From Curvularia clavata (taxonomy: Eukaryota), in NCBI GenBank assembly GCA_023920165.1, contig CP089275.1, forward strand, positions 1,736,001 through 1,800,000: a stretch of DNA of 64,000 bases, given 5' to 3'. A model generated the notes under the pieces. The model saw nothing but the letters and a program-made list of their open reading frames with translations, made no database searches and was not told the DNA's origin. A program made the position numbers and the translations under genes. Below are positions 11,576 to 23,500 of this stretch, piece by piece (the first letter of the stretch is position 1; every line of letters begins with the position of its first letter).

Positions 11576-14500
11576 ATGTGGAGCCGCCTGACGGGCACTT
11601 CGGCTGCCTCGCAGTCTTCCAAGGACGACGACGCCCGCCGCCGCCGCACCAGCGACTCCACGCGTTCTAAGCGCGACCCAGACACCCGCTCCGTCGTCTC
11701 GTCCACCTCGACCCGGAAGCCCCCGACCTCTCGACGCGACACGGCCCCGTCTTCGACTGCCTCCTTCACCACGGCCTTGGACGACATGCCGCGCTCGCGA
11801 GCCCCTGCAAACGCTGACGACCCCTACGCCGCCGCCGACCGCTATGACAAGCGTCGCGACGACCGCCGCAGCAGCTACGCAGAGTCCTCGACGTCGACCA
11901 TGCGCGACGACAAGGACAAGAAGAAGAAGACCAAGGACAGCAAGACGGAGAAGCGCCGCTCGACGCGCTCAGAGCGATCTGGCAGTCTGTCGCAGTCGTC
12001 GAGCGGCTACCGGGGCGACATTGTTGACAGCCCCAAGCAGGTGCAGCGCAGCTTCAGCGGCCAGATTGGCAGCGACGGCTTTTCCCAGTTCCCTGGCCAG
12101 GCAGGAGCGCCCATGATGTCGGGCGCTCTGCCCGCCGGAAGCAATGGCCTGCCACTCTCATCCTCTCAACCACAACAACAACAACACTACCATCACTCAG
12201 AGGGCTTGTCGAGTCACGTGCAGAGTCAATTCCCAGGCCAGGACCCTGTGCACTTTGCCTCTGGTGCTTTACCTGGCGGCCATCCGTTTGGAGCGGCTGC
12301 CGAATTCTACAACGACCAGGGACAGTCTGTCAGCCAACAGCCCGGCGTGAGGCCCCAACCGCCATCCGTCATTGTCGGCCAGGACACACCCCATCTCATG
12401 GCGGCTTCCGCACATGCCAATCCGGCTGCCGACACTGGCTCAGGCGCCGCCGCCGACTTTTACGCCCAGGGCGCCGGCAGCGGCTCTTCATCCAAGCCTC
12501 CACGACCATCCACCTCATCCATGCCTGGTGCTTTCGTCGACGACTCGCCTGCGCCGCCCAAGCCGCCACGGCCAGCATCCTCGTCGCGGCCTGACAAACC
12601 AACAAAGTATGGTTCAGCCGCCGCCATGGCCAGTGGTGCTGCCCTTGGACTTGCCATGGGCAACAGCTCTTCTAGTCATGAGCATTCCACCAGCTACAGC
12701 AGCTCTTCAAACGTTCGCCCTCCCTCTTCATACTCATCATACACTAATAATACCCCTACCCCTGCTGTTCCTGCATCCACCTACAACATGTATGGAAACG
12801 CCCCTAATACCTCTAATTCCACCGCCTCCAATGGCACTCATCTTCCATCATACAACGAAGCCGCCTACGGTGGGGAAGGCGTGCCTCCACCAAAGCCACC
12901 ACGCCCAGGAAAGCACGAGAAGCATTCGTCTAGTAGCAATGCCGGACTCTATGCTGCTGGTGCTGCGGGTCTGGCGGCGTATGGCTTACACCAACATAAT
13001 TCCCACTCGCACTCGCATTCACATACCCACTCACATTCGCACAGCACTTCTCAACATCACTCAACGCATGGCACTTCCAACACACACTCGAACAATGGCC
13101 TTTTGCCCAGCGCTTATGTCTCAGGCGGCATGGCGCAGCACCATCAGCACACCGGTCCTGTTTCCAGGTTTGTGGACTGGTGGAAAGACTACGAGGATGT
13201 GCAGAAGATGGAGGAGTACACCGAGTACATTGGAGTTTGCAAGGGTTGTTTTGACCCCCGCTCCTCTGTCCTAGATGCCCCGCGAAAGCATCACTACTAC
13301 AAACGGCGATCCAACGAGTACATGCGGACTTCTGGCGGTATCGAGAAACAGTCACGCTACAACCTCAAGGAAAAGAAGTCGCAAAGCTCCATCTCAGGTG
13401 AAGACAGACGCAAGACAAGCAACAGCGCTGCCGGCTGGGTAGCTGCTGGACTTGGCGGCATCGGCCTTGCCAAAGCTGGAAAGGCTGTCTGGAACGCAGC
13501 CCGTGATGACTTTGACGACACATACAGTATCAAGTCTGGACGCTCGCATGTATCACGCCGCAGCCGTAGCCGATCACTCGACCGGAAAAGCTACAGCTAC
13601 GGTCACTCGGGCATCCGCCACCGAAGTCGATCGGCCGACCGCATGTCCCAGATGTCCATAGGCGTTACGGGTGACAGGAAGGATCGCAGAGACCACAAGA
13701 GTCGCCGACATTCGCGAGCAAGTTCCAGCTCTAGCTCCAGTTCTGGTCATGGCAAATCGGGCTTGATCGGTGCCGCCATCGGTGCAGGCCTTGCAGGAGC
13801 TGCGCTGGGAGCGACCTCGAGTAAGAAGCGTCATGCTCGTTCCAAATCACCCAAAAAGGTCCAAGTTGTGCACCCCCGCCGAGACAGCAATGACGATGAC
13901 CGAAGCCGGAGGTCTCACCAACTGCGACACAAGGCCTCCCGGAGTTCGACTTCTGGAGCGTCCGTGATTGAGATTGGCCAGCACGACCAACATGAAGGCG
14001 GCTTCTTCCAGGGCTTCTTCGCAGCTCCTCCTCCAAAGGAGAAACGGCCAAAGCCCGCTAGTCTTAAGAAAAAGAAGAAAGGCTTCTTCACCTTTAGCAA
14101 TGACTCCACATCTTCATCCAATTCTGAGATGGCCTTTGGCACTGGTTATGTGAGGAGACGCAGGCGGTCGTCGCACAGCAGGCGCCCCTCCCCAAAAAGG
14201 CGCAACTCGGATGAGCGACTCAAGGCTTCTCTCATCGGTCTCGGTGCCACCGCAGCTGCAATTACTGCGGCAAAGGCCGGAAAAGGTAAACGCAGCAGCC
14301 GTGAAGTAGTCGCAGTCAAGGAAAGCCGCCATAACCTTAAGGGTAACCAGGCTTCCCATGCAGATGATGAGTGGGAGGACTTGCCAGATGATGGCACCTC
14401 TGACTCTGCAAGCGACGGTGGCCTTGTCTACGGTGACTACGCGTTGAAGAAGTCCAAGAGTAACGACTCTCTTGGATCTAACGACTCGGGTACCAATAAA

Positions 14501-17500
14501 TGGGGTTGGCGCTGGGGCTTCGGAAAGAAGAAGCGGAGGTCGTCAAATAACCTCTATGACAACATCGCCAACACTTCATTCATTGGACCTGCTGCTGCCG
14601 GCGCAGCTGGTGCAGTGGCAGGCGCGGCGGCAGCAGGATCTGCTCAAGCGCGTCCCGACAGTGAGTCGAGCAGTGCGCAGACGCTGCAGTCAGTCTATCC
14701 TGTTGCGCCCCACGATCCCAATGCATTCTTCGACGCACGACGCACAAGCTCTATTGCAACCTCGCAGCCTCTAGTCACCTCAGGGCCTGGTTCTATCAGC
14801 CTCCAGCAGCCGCAGCCCATGCCTCAAGTTCCCGGAACTGTCTATTCTGCCCAAAGCTCATCACAATCTGGCTACAATGCTCATACAGGGCCTTCCGTCT
14901 TCTCGCAAGCGCCACCGCAACCTCCTTACCAAACCCAATCTCAAGCCACGAACGTCATCATTAACAACCAACTCCCACAACAGCCTCCACTTCGCCGAGC
15001 AAACTCTTCTCCCATCCAAACTTCTTCATGGAGACGAGACGCTGCCATTGCGGGCCTTGCTGCCACTGCCGGAGCGGCTGCAATCTCCGCAATGAGACAA
15101 CCCGACCGTCCGCCTAGTGCGTCCAGTAACGTGCGCTTCAATTTGACTCAGGCACAGGCCGATAAGGAGATGCGTGAGCGACGCAAGCAGCAGGAACGAC
15201 TCGAAGAAGAGGCTCAGCATCGACGCGAGCAGCAGCGGCTTGAAGACGAGGCAAGGTGGGAGGAGGAAGAACTTGCTCGGCGAGAGCACCAGCGCCGAGA
15301 AGACCAAGCACGACGTGCAGAGGCTGCGCGTCGCGACGAGGAAGAACGTGTACGTCGGGAACAGCAGCGACAAGAAGACGAAGCCCGAAAGGTGGAAGAA
15401 GATCGCCGCCTGACGCTGCTCCGTCTGGAGGAAACTCGACGTGAGGAAGAGGAACGCCGACTAACACTGCTTCGTCTCGAAGAAGCCAAACGCGAAGAGG
15501 ATGAGCGCCGCCGCCGCGAGCTTGAGCGACAACAAGAAGAAGCTCGCAAGTTCATTGAGATTGAGCGTTTGGCAAGACTTGAAAACGATCGCCGTCGCGA
15601 ACAGCAGGAGTTGGAAGCACGTCGACGACGAGAGGCAGAGGAAGAGCACGAGCGCCAGGCACAGTTAAGGAGGGAAGCAGAGGAACGCGAACGGCGAGAA
15701 CGTGCGGCTTTCTTGGAGCATCAGCATCAGCTTGCTATTGAGGCAGCAGAAGAGCGACAACGAAGAGAGCTCCGTGAAGCTCAGCAACAAGAGTTCGACC
15801 GTCGTGAGGCCGTGAGACGCGAGGCTGAGATGCAGGACGACTTGGAACGACGACGCAGGGATCGTGAATCGCAAGATTCCAAGAGCCGATACTCAAGCGA
15901 CCAAGCGCGAAAGCTAGATGAACAGTCCACAGCCTCATCGATCGCTTCTGCTGCAACTGTCGTGCCGCGAAAGGAAAAGGAACTGCAGGACAGGGAGCGT
16001 GAAGTCTCGAAGCCAGAACGGAAGTCTTCTGTTGCTAGTGCTGTAGCTGCCGGCGCTGCTGCTGCGATCACGGCTGCGGCCATCTCCTCCTACAAGGACA
16101 AGACCAAAGAGAAAGAGAAAGAGAAAGAGAAAGAGAGAGAAAAAGAAAAGGAGAAGGATCGAAAACGTGATCGCAGCCTGAAGCGCCAGTCTTCCTCCTC
16201 TTCGAAGAGCAGTGACTCGAAGCGTGGAAAGACACGAGAATCGGCCAATGTTAAGACGATCGAGCCTAGCAGAGTGGAGCAAGACATGTTTGATGAAGAC
16301 ATCTTCAACCCAGATCTCTTCAAAGAATCATCCCGCCAGAACGCCCGCGAAGTTCTCCAAGACTGGGAAGACAGATACTCTGCTAAGCCCGTATCACAGG
16401 CCGAGTTCTTTGCGCCTCGGGAGCTGTTGGCCGACGACAATTTGCCTAAGGTTAAGCCTGTAGACCCCAATGAGGGCGTTGGTGATCTTCAAACGTACTA
16501 TGCGCATGAAGATCATCCCTCTGGCCAGCCCATGGTGCCTCCATATCCACCCTCTTACTCTTTCACTGCCACAAGAGATGGGCGACCAACTAAGCAACAG
16601 CCGCTGCCGATACCCATACTAAGCCTCACTATGCCTACGCCCCCCGGCAGCCGCACGCCCTCTGTGCGCAGTGTATCTCCCTCCCCCGTGCGTACCAGAG
16701 AACCTGTCAAAGAACCCGCCAGAGAAACAAAAGACGAGACCAGGCAAGACGACTCGAACCGCGCAAGGTCCAGGGTCAGCTGGGGCGAGAACCAGTTCCA
16801 TCATTTTGATGTACCAACTCCCGAGTCCTTCCGCGAGCAGTTCGTCTCTGATGGCGATCTCAAGAAGCAGGAGCCAAAGCCATCGTCTGAACAGGTCACT
16901 ACTGAGCGGGAGCTGCCTCAATCTAGCCAGGCGACATCCTCCTATTTACCCTATCGACCAGGCATTTCCCTGCCCCACGAGCCTAGGCAGACTATTCCGA
17001 GCACGCAGTACGCCAGCGATGACAACAGTTCAACTTGGGACAGTACCGTTAGTGCCTCTTCCAAGGCGAGTGAGAGGCACGAGGAAAAGGAATCGAGACC
17101 GACTTCTGCTTCTTCCGTGTCGCCCTCCGCACCTTTCCCTCCACAGGAACACCAGGATGAGTATGACTACAGGCGAATCAACGCATCCATCCTGAGTAAC
17201 CCGTTCTCGGACACACACATGGCACCCTCCACAATTGCTGCTTCCACCATCTCCACTCCATCCATCATCTCAGCTGCGCCATCAACAAGCAGTGTGCAGA
17301 CAGCGTACTACCAGCCTGAGCCATCGTACGATGTGCGCATGATGCCTGAGCGGAGAACTACTGGACCTGGCTTCGTCGAAGGCGAGGTTGCTGACGAACA
17401 TGAGCCATTACATATTCCGGGCAGTTTCGAGGAGGCGGAAGCGTCTGAGCCACCGACACCAACGAAAGAGTCGTTCGCTGCTGCAGAGAAGAAGGGTAAG

Positions 17501-20500
17501 AGCTCTAAGAGTACTGACGAGAATGTAGTTTTGCAGGACGTTTCTCGGCGAACCGAGCCTGAGTCTCCTACCGTGTCCAAGTCATCCAAAGGAAAGGGAA
17601 TTGAATCGGATGCCAAGTCAAGCAAGAAGGACAAGGAAAAGGACAAGGAGAAGAAAAAGAAGAAGTCCAAGTCTTCGAAGCGAGCTAGTGTGGATACTTG
17701 GGAGATGAGCGAGCCCAGCCCGCCGACGAGCCCTGTCGTGGAACGTGATCCTCGGGACATTGAGCCATCGCGAACTTTCGAGCCATCACGCTCCGGGGAG
17801 TCGTCACAGTCAGCAGAGCGCGGTCAAGACTATCAATCATCAAAAAGCGTACCCTCCAAGGACGAGAGCAGTAGCAGCAAGGCCTCCACCGCTGCTTTGA
17901 CCGGCGGGTTTGCCGCACTGCTAGGCACTGCCATGAGCCAGGACCAAGACAGAATGGCTTCTGACCTCGAACGTGCCAGACGTAGCTTGGAATCTGCAGG
18001 GAAGCACACTGCCCACGACTCGCACTCATCTCCATCAAGTGGCAACCATGCGTCTGAAGAGCACGAGAGGAATGTTACCATTCCCAGCTATGCTTTCGAA
18101 GGTGTCGAAGAATTAGCCGACAAGACGCCCAGGCGAAAGAGCGAGAAGAGGAACAGCAGCGGCGGAAAGTGGTCACCATCAGTTGGTTCGCCTCTGAGAA
18201 CCGAAATGAAGCAAGAAGACTACATTGGCGCCCAGGGTACCTCTGATCCCAAGTACCAGCCGCTTGTCGAAGCTCCGAAAGTGCCTACCGCCGCTCCATT
18301 CACAAACACGTCTGGTCCTACAACTTCCCGTAGCGTTGCCGACTCTGGCTACTATGCGCCCGACGATTTCCCATACACAGAACCTACCGAGAAAGAGTCT
18401 GACAAGTCCTATTTCTCAAGTTCACATGGCAAGAACGGTGACACTCAGTCACGCGATTCAACTACAGGAAGAAGTAGACGCTCCGACGATGAGGACGACT
18501 ACAGGCTGCGCAGCCCCTACGATGACGATGACATCGGGTCTATCGCTTCATTGAGCTACAAATACGAAGATCCCGACCGTGAGGAGCGCCGCCGCAGACG
18601 TCGTGAAGCCAAGTCTGAAACCCGGGACAAGAGTCGTGACAGGAGCCACTCTCGGAGCCGTGATCGCGACTACGACGTCGGCGAGGGCGAGGAGCGAAGG
18701 CGGAAACACCGCCGTCGCAAGACGGATGAGGGTGTTGATGATTGGGACACGCGATCTACATACTCGGAAGCTCGTTCTGACGCCAATGGCGAGCGTCGAC
18801 GCAGACACAAGAGGAAGGAGTCTTCACCAGAGGCAAAGACAAGGTCTCGTTCAACAGCAGCGTCTGAGCAAGGTGACTTTTACGACGAACCAAAGTCTTC
18901 TCGCAGACGTTCCAAGTACGATGATGATGACAGCGTTTCCTTGATATCTTCTTTTGCCGGATGGGATGACGACCGCAGCTCACGAAAAGAGAAGGAGAAG
19001 CGAACAAGCGGTCTTTCGGGTCTCTTTAGCAGCAAGTCGAGAGAAAACCTGGCTGAGGCTGCCAGCAAGTCTTCTAGGTCAAGAGACGATGACGATGAGG
19101 AACGCAAGCATCGCAGACGGAAACATCGGTCAGATCGTGGTTCTACTTACGGTTCGGATGATGATGACGCACGTTCCACTATTTCAAGCAGTAGCCGACG
19201 CGAGAAGAGGAGCAGAAGCAGTCGCAGTGAGCGAGGACATGGAGACAGGGCGGATGCTTATGATGAAAAGGTACATCGCTCTTCTTATATGCGATAGCGC
19301 CGGTTTTCGCAATGTATTTAGAATGAATGTTGATGTTGTGTGCTATAGGATCGTTCACAAGCTCGAGCCCCCGCCCCACATGCCGATGAACCACCAGAAC
19401 AACAACAGTCTTTTTTAGACCATCGGGCAGTGGCCGCAGCAACTCCACGTCCACTGCCCGCAAGTGATCCTGTCGATCAGGTACACGAGAGCAGTGGCAT
19501 CATCCCTGGAGGTCGGGCCGAAATTCGTCTCCCAACGTTGGACAACGCCCAACGCCTCACCGCCTCCGACCTTACCGAGCGCCCAACCACACCACCACCT
19601 GAGTTGTCACTCGAGGACAGCCGCGCGCTACTGACTCGTCTTACAGGACTCCAGCCCTGGCTGTTGGAGGCCTTTCCAGATGAGCTCCCTCCCTTGCCGT
19701 TGTCAAGGCCAAGTTCACCAACCAGATCACCGGACGTGGCAAGCCCTGCATCGACCTTTTCCCAGCGTCGACTATCCTCCTCCACTGCGGTGCCAATACG
19801 CTTCCGCAAGCCTTCTGCGCCCCCAGCAGTCCACCGTGATCTCATTGCTGATTCTAACCTGGTAACAAGTCCGCTCTCCGAGCCATCGCCAACTCGCTCT
19901 CGCCATTCCAAGTCCCACTCTACAGAGTTCAAGTCTACTCGTGAATTTCGACCACTGTATCTTGTAGAACGTAACCGCAAGTCCGGTGAGATTGAAGAAG
20001 CCCTGCCACCGCTCCCGCCAAGCACCACCCCTTCAGTGGCTTCTGGCACTGAGTCGGAAGGAGAGTATGAGTCTGCCTTGGAATCACCCCATGAGAGTGC
20101 TGGACTGTTGTCCAACGACCCATCCTTTGACCCTTTGAGTGCAGTGTCAGATCTCATTTCACCTAGCTATGGATCGGAGTCCCAACAACCCGAACTTGCA
20201 CCCCGTGACATTGAAGAGGCGCAAGAATCTGGTCAGGCAACTCCCAAAGCATCTGATTACTTCACAGGTGAGCCGGCAGCGAGGAGACAGTCTGGTGGCC
20301 CAAACTTTGACACCCTCACTGCGGCATTGGAAGAAGCCAAAGCAGAAGAGCGAGATGAGTCCACCGACGATGCTTTCGTTTCGACGGTGACTTCACCTGA
20401 TTTTGCAACTCCTCTCGAGCAAAGTGCTCCTCTTGACGACAGAATGATGCGTGATGTCTCTGATGTTCGTAGTGGGCCCTCGTCCTCGACTTCATCAAGA

Positions 20501-23500
20501 CTTCAGGATGCTGCCCTTGGCGCAGCGGTAGGTGGACTGGCCGCCGCCGCACTACACGATCGCTTCTCATCGGACAGCCAAGCCAAGTCGAAGGATGCTC
20601 CGAAAGAGATCAAGCCTGTAGTTGAAGACAAGCAGCTTGAGCCTGAATCCACTCAGCAAGCTGTAGCTGAACCTGAGGTCAAACTTAGAAGCAGGAAAGG
20701 CAAGGACGACGACAAGAGCAAGCGGTTTTCCCTAGCTGAGTCTACAGCCTCTACTCTAGTCGAGGATAGGGGTGAGTCCTCCAAGCGCTCGCCATACATC
20801 CCCACTTTTGTCGAAAACGAGGATGACTGGAACAAGAACACTGCCGAGTCCATTGTAACAGATAATGCTACGCTCGTTGGTGAGCCCTCTGACAGCACTT
20901 TCGAGGCCAAGGAGCGGTTCCGACAAAAGGTCTTGGACAACACCGCGCCACAAGAGAAGCAAGATCCCGAGATCAGGCGCGCTGTATTCGACGTTCCTCA
21001 AGACACTACGTCTAGGGAAATCGAAACCGCGGAGAAATCGACACTTGAGCGAGAGGACCTGCAGACCGACGTTACTCCCGAGACACCACAGGCTGAACGC
21101 GAGCCAGTCGCTGCTGACGTCGCGGAGCCCGAGCTAGCTGCCGCTGAACAAGAAACTCCAGTCACCACTCCAAAGGCTAAGAAGACTAAGAAAGAGAAGA
21201 AGAGCAAGAAAGGTAAGCGTGCTAACAAACAGGTTGTCGAGCCCGAGTCTCAGCCCGAGCCATCTGCTCTACCCGAAACTCCTGTTCAAGAGGACGGAAA
21301 GGAGAAGGAGGTCACGCCAGCCGAGGCGCAAAAGGATGTCATCGAGCGTGAAATCCTTCAGCCTGCGTTTGAGAGTGTTGATAAGCAAGAGAAGTCGGAT
21401 GTGTTGGAGACCGTTACACCTGCGCCTGTTGAGGACGTCAAATCAGAGACCGTTGCTCCTACGCCATTCGACAGCGAACCTAAGCTAGAGAATATCGTTC
21501 CAGCAGCTGTTGAGGAGCCAAAGCAAGACACCGTCGCTTCTGAACCAGCTGACAACGACACCAAGCCAGATGTTCCAGTAAAGCCCTTCAGCCGCTCAGC
21601 TCAGTCCATAGTCCAAGAGCGACCTAGCACAGCAGAAACGACTGAAACACCCAAAGCATTCGCAGAGGAGTCTCGCCGAGCTTCTACAATTGAGGGCTCC
21701 TCATCCTCAACTTCAGGCTGGGGATCTAGTCTGTGGGGAAAAATTGGCTGGGGCGGTAGCAAAAAGAAGGCACCGTCTTCGCTCGCCTCGGCATCACCTC
21801 CTTCGTCACCCAAGCCACAGTCTGCAGTTCTTGCCGCTCTGGCTGCTGCCAGGGAAGAGAAGCGCAAGTCTCAGACCTTTTCTCCAACAACCACGATTGA
21901 TGAGGAGAAGCCTGCCAAGACTACACCAGAGGTGGAGGTGCAAGATGTACAGCCCAAGCCGCAGGAGGTCAAGGCTGTTACGCCTCGTAACGCCGTTTTC
22001 ACCGATGACGGCAAACCGTCTTTCTCTTTCCCAGACATGCCAAAAGCTACTACCGCCACTACTGTGGAGAGAGTGGAGCCTGTCGTTGTCGAGAAGAACG
22101 AAGCAATTGCGAAGGAAGAGCCTGCTGCCGCTGTGTTTGTCCCACCAAAGAGCAGCTTCTTTACTGATGGCGGAAAGCCGGCGTTCAGCTTTCCAACCAT
22201 GGCTGCAAAGTCCGCGGAGGAGAGCAAGCCGATCTACAAGGAAGTTGTGCTTGAAGATGTGGCATCTGGAGAGAAGAAGACTGTGGAGGCTCCTGCATTC
22301 GTTGCACCCCGAAGCGCCTTCTTCACTGATGACGGAAAGCCATCTTTTACTCTCCCAGCTGCAGCCCCTACAGCAAGCACTGAGGAAAAGACCAAGGAAG
22401 CACCAGTTTTCGTTGCGCCTAAGAGTGCTTTGTTCACTGATGATGGGAGGCCATCTTTCTCGCTCCCTTCATCGTCACTCTTCAAGCCTAGCGAGCCTAC
22501 TGCCTCGACTGAACCCACAGTTGAAGTTCCTACCGAAGAAACGGTTCTGCGCGATGCTGTACCAGCAGAGACCGAAAAGAAGGCCAAGAAGGGTAAGAAG
22601 AGCAAGAAGGCTAAGAAGGCTGAGCAGGAGGCCATTGAAATCGAGACACCATCAATTATCGAAGCTCCTGCGCCTGCCGTCGAACGCGCGCTTGATGTCC
22701 CTGTCAGCGAGCCCGTTTCCGTGCCTGAAGTGGAACCCACCACAGCTGCTGAAGAGTTCAAACCGACTCCCGAGACCACTATCGCATCCGAAGCGCTATC
22801 GAGCCTGCCTATTGACGAAGCCACGACAAAAGACGAGATTGTAGTGGCACCGGAAGACACCGCCGCGCCCTCGGTCGCGGAAGCTCCTGTCAAGACAAAG
22901 AAGGAGAAGAAGAGCAAGAAGAGTAAGAGGCAGAGTGGTGTTTCTACACCTGTACTCGAACCCGAAGCTTCTTCTACTCCGGCTGCCATCTCAGTACCTG
23001 CTGGTGTCCCTCGGGATGCAGAGCAGAGTTCTGCTAAGGGAGACATTGCGGAGGTGGATCCTGCGAATGTGGCGCTTCCGGTACCAAAGGCGGATGAGGA
23101 TGAGCTTATTGAGCTGCTGGAGCCACGGGCGGCTAAGGAAGTCGAGTCTATCCAAGAGCCCCAGCCTGAGATTGAGGAAATTACCCAAGTGGATCCTGCA
23201 AGTATCCCGCTTCCGGTCCGGGAGGAGGATGAGCTTCTTGAGCCGCTGGAGACGCAGGCGAGAGAGGAGGTTCTTCCTGTTAAAGAGACGCAGCTTGAGG
23301 ACGTGCCTGCCGAGAAGGTTGTTGCACCTGAGGTCGAACCAGTCACTACGCCGAAAGTTAAGAAGAGCAAGAAGAGTAAGCGAAAGAGTGGGTTGGTGAC
23401 GCCTCAGGTTGAGGATGAGGTTGTAGCTGAATCGATCGCTGAACCAGTCATGCAAGTTGAGGCTGGACAAACCCGCGATATCTCACTGGACAAGAGTCTA

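Noticed and set aside
19430..19432. Independent start of the 6487-aa ORF
   Set aside because: It is a GTG, and the frame is open back to the splice acceptor at 19348.
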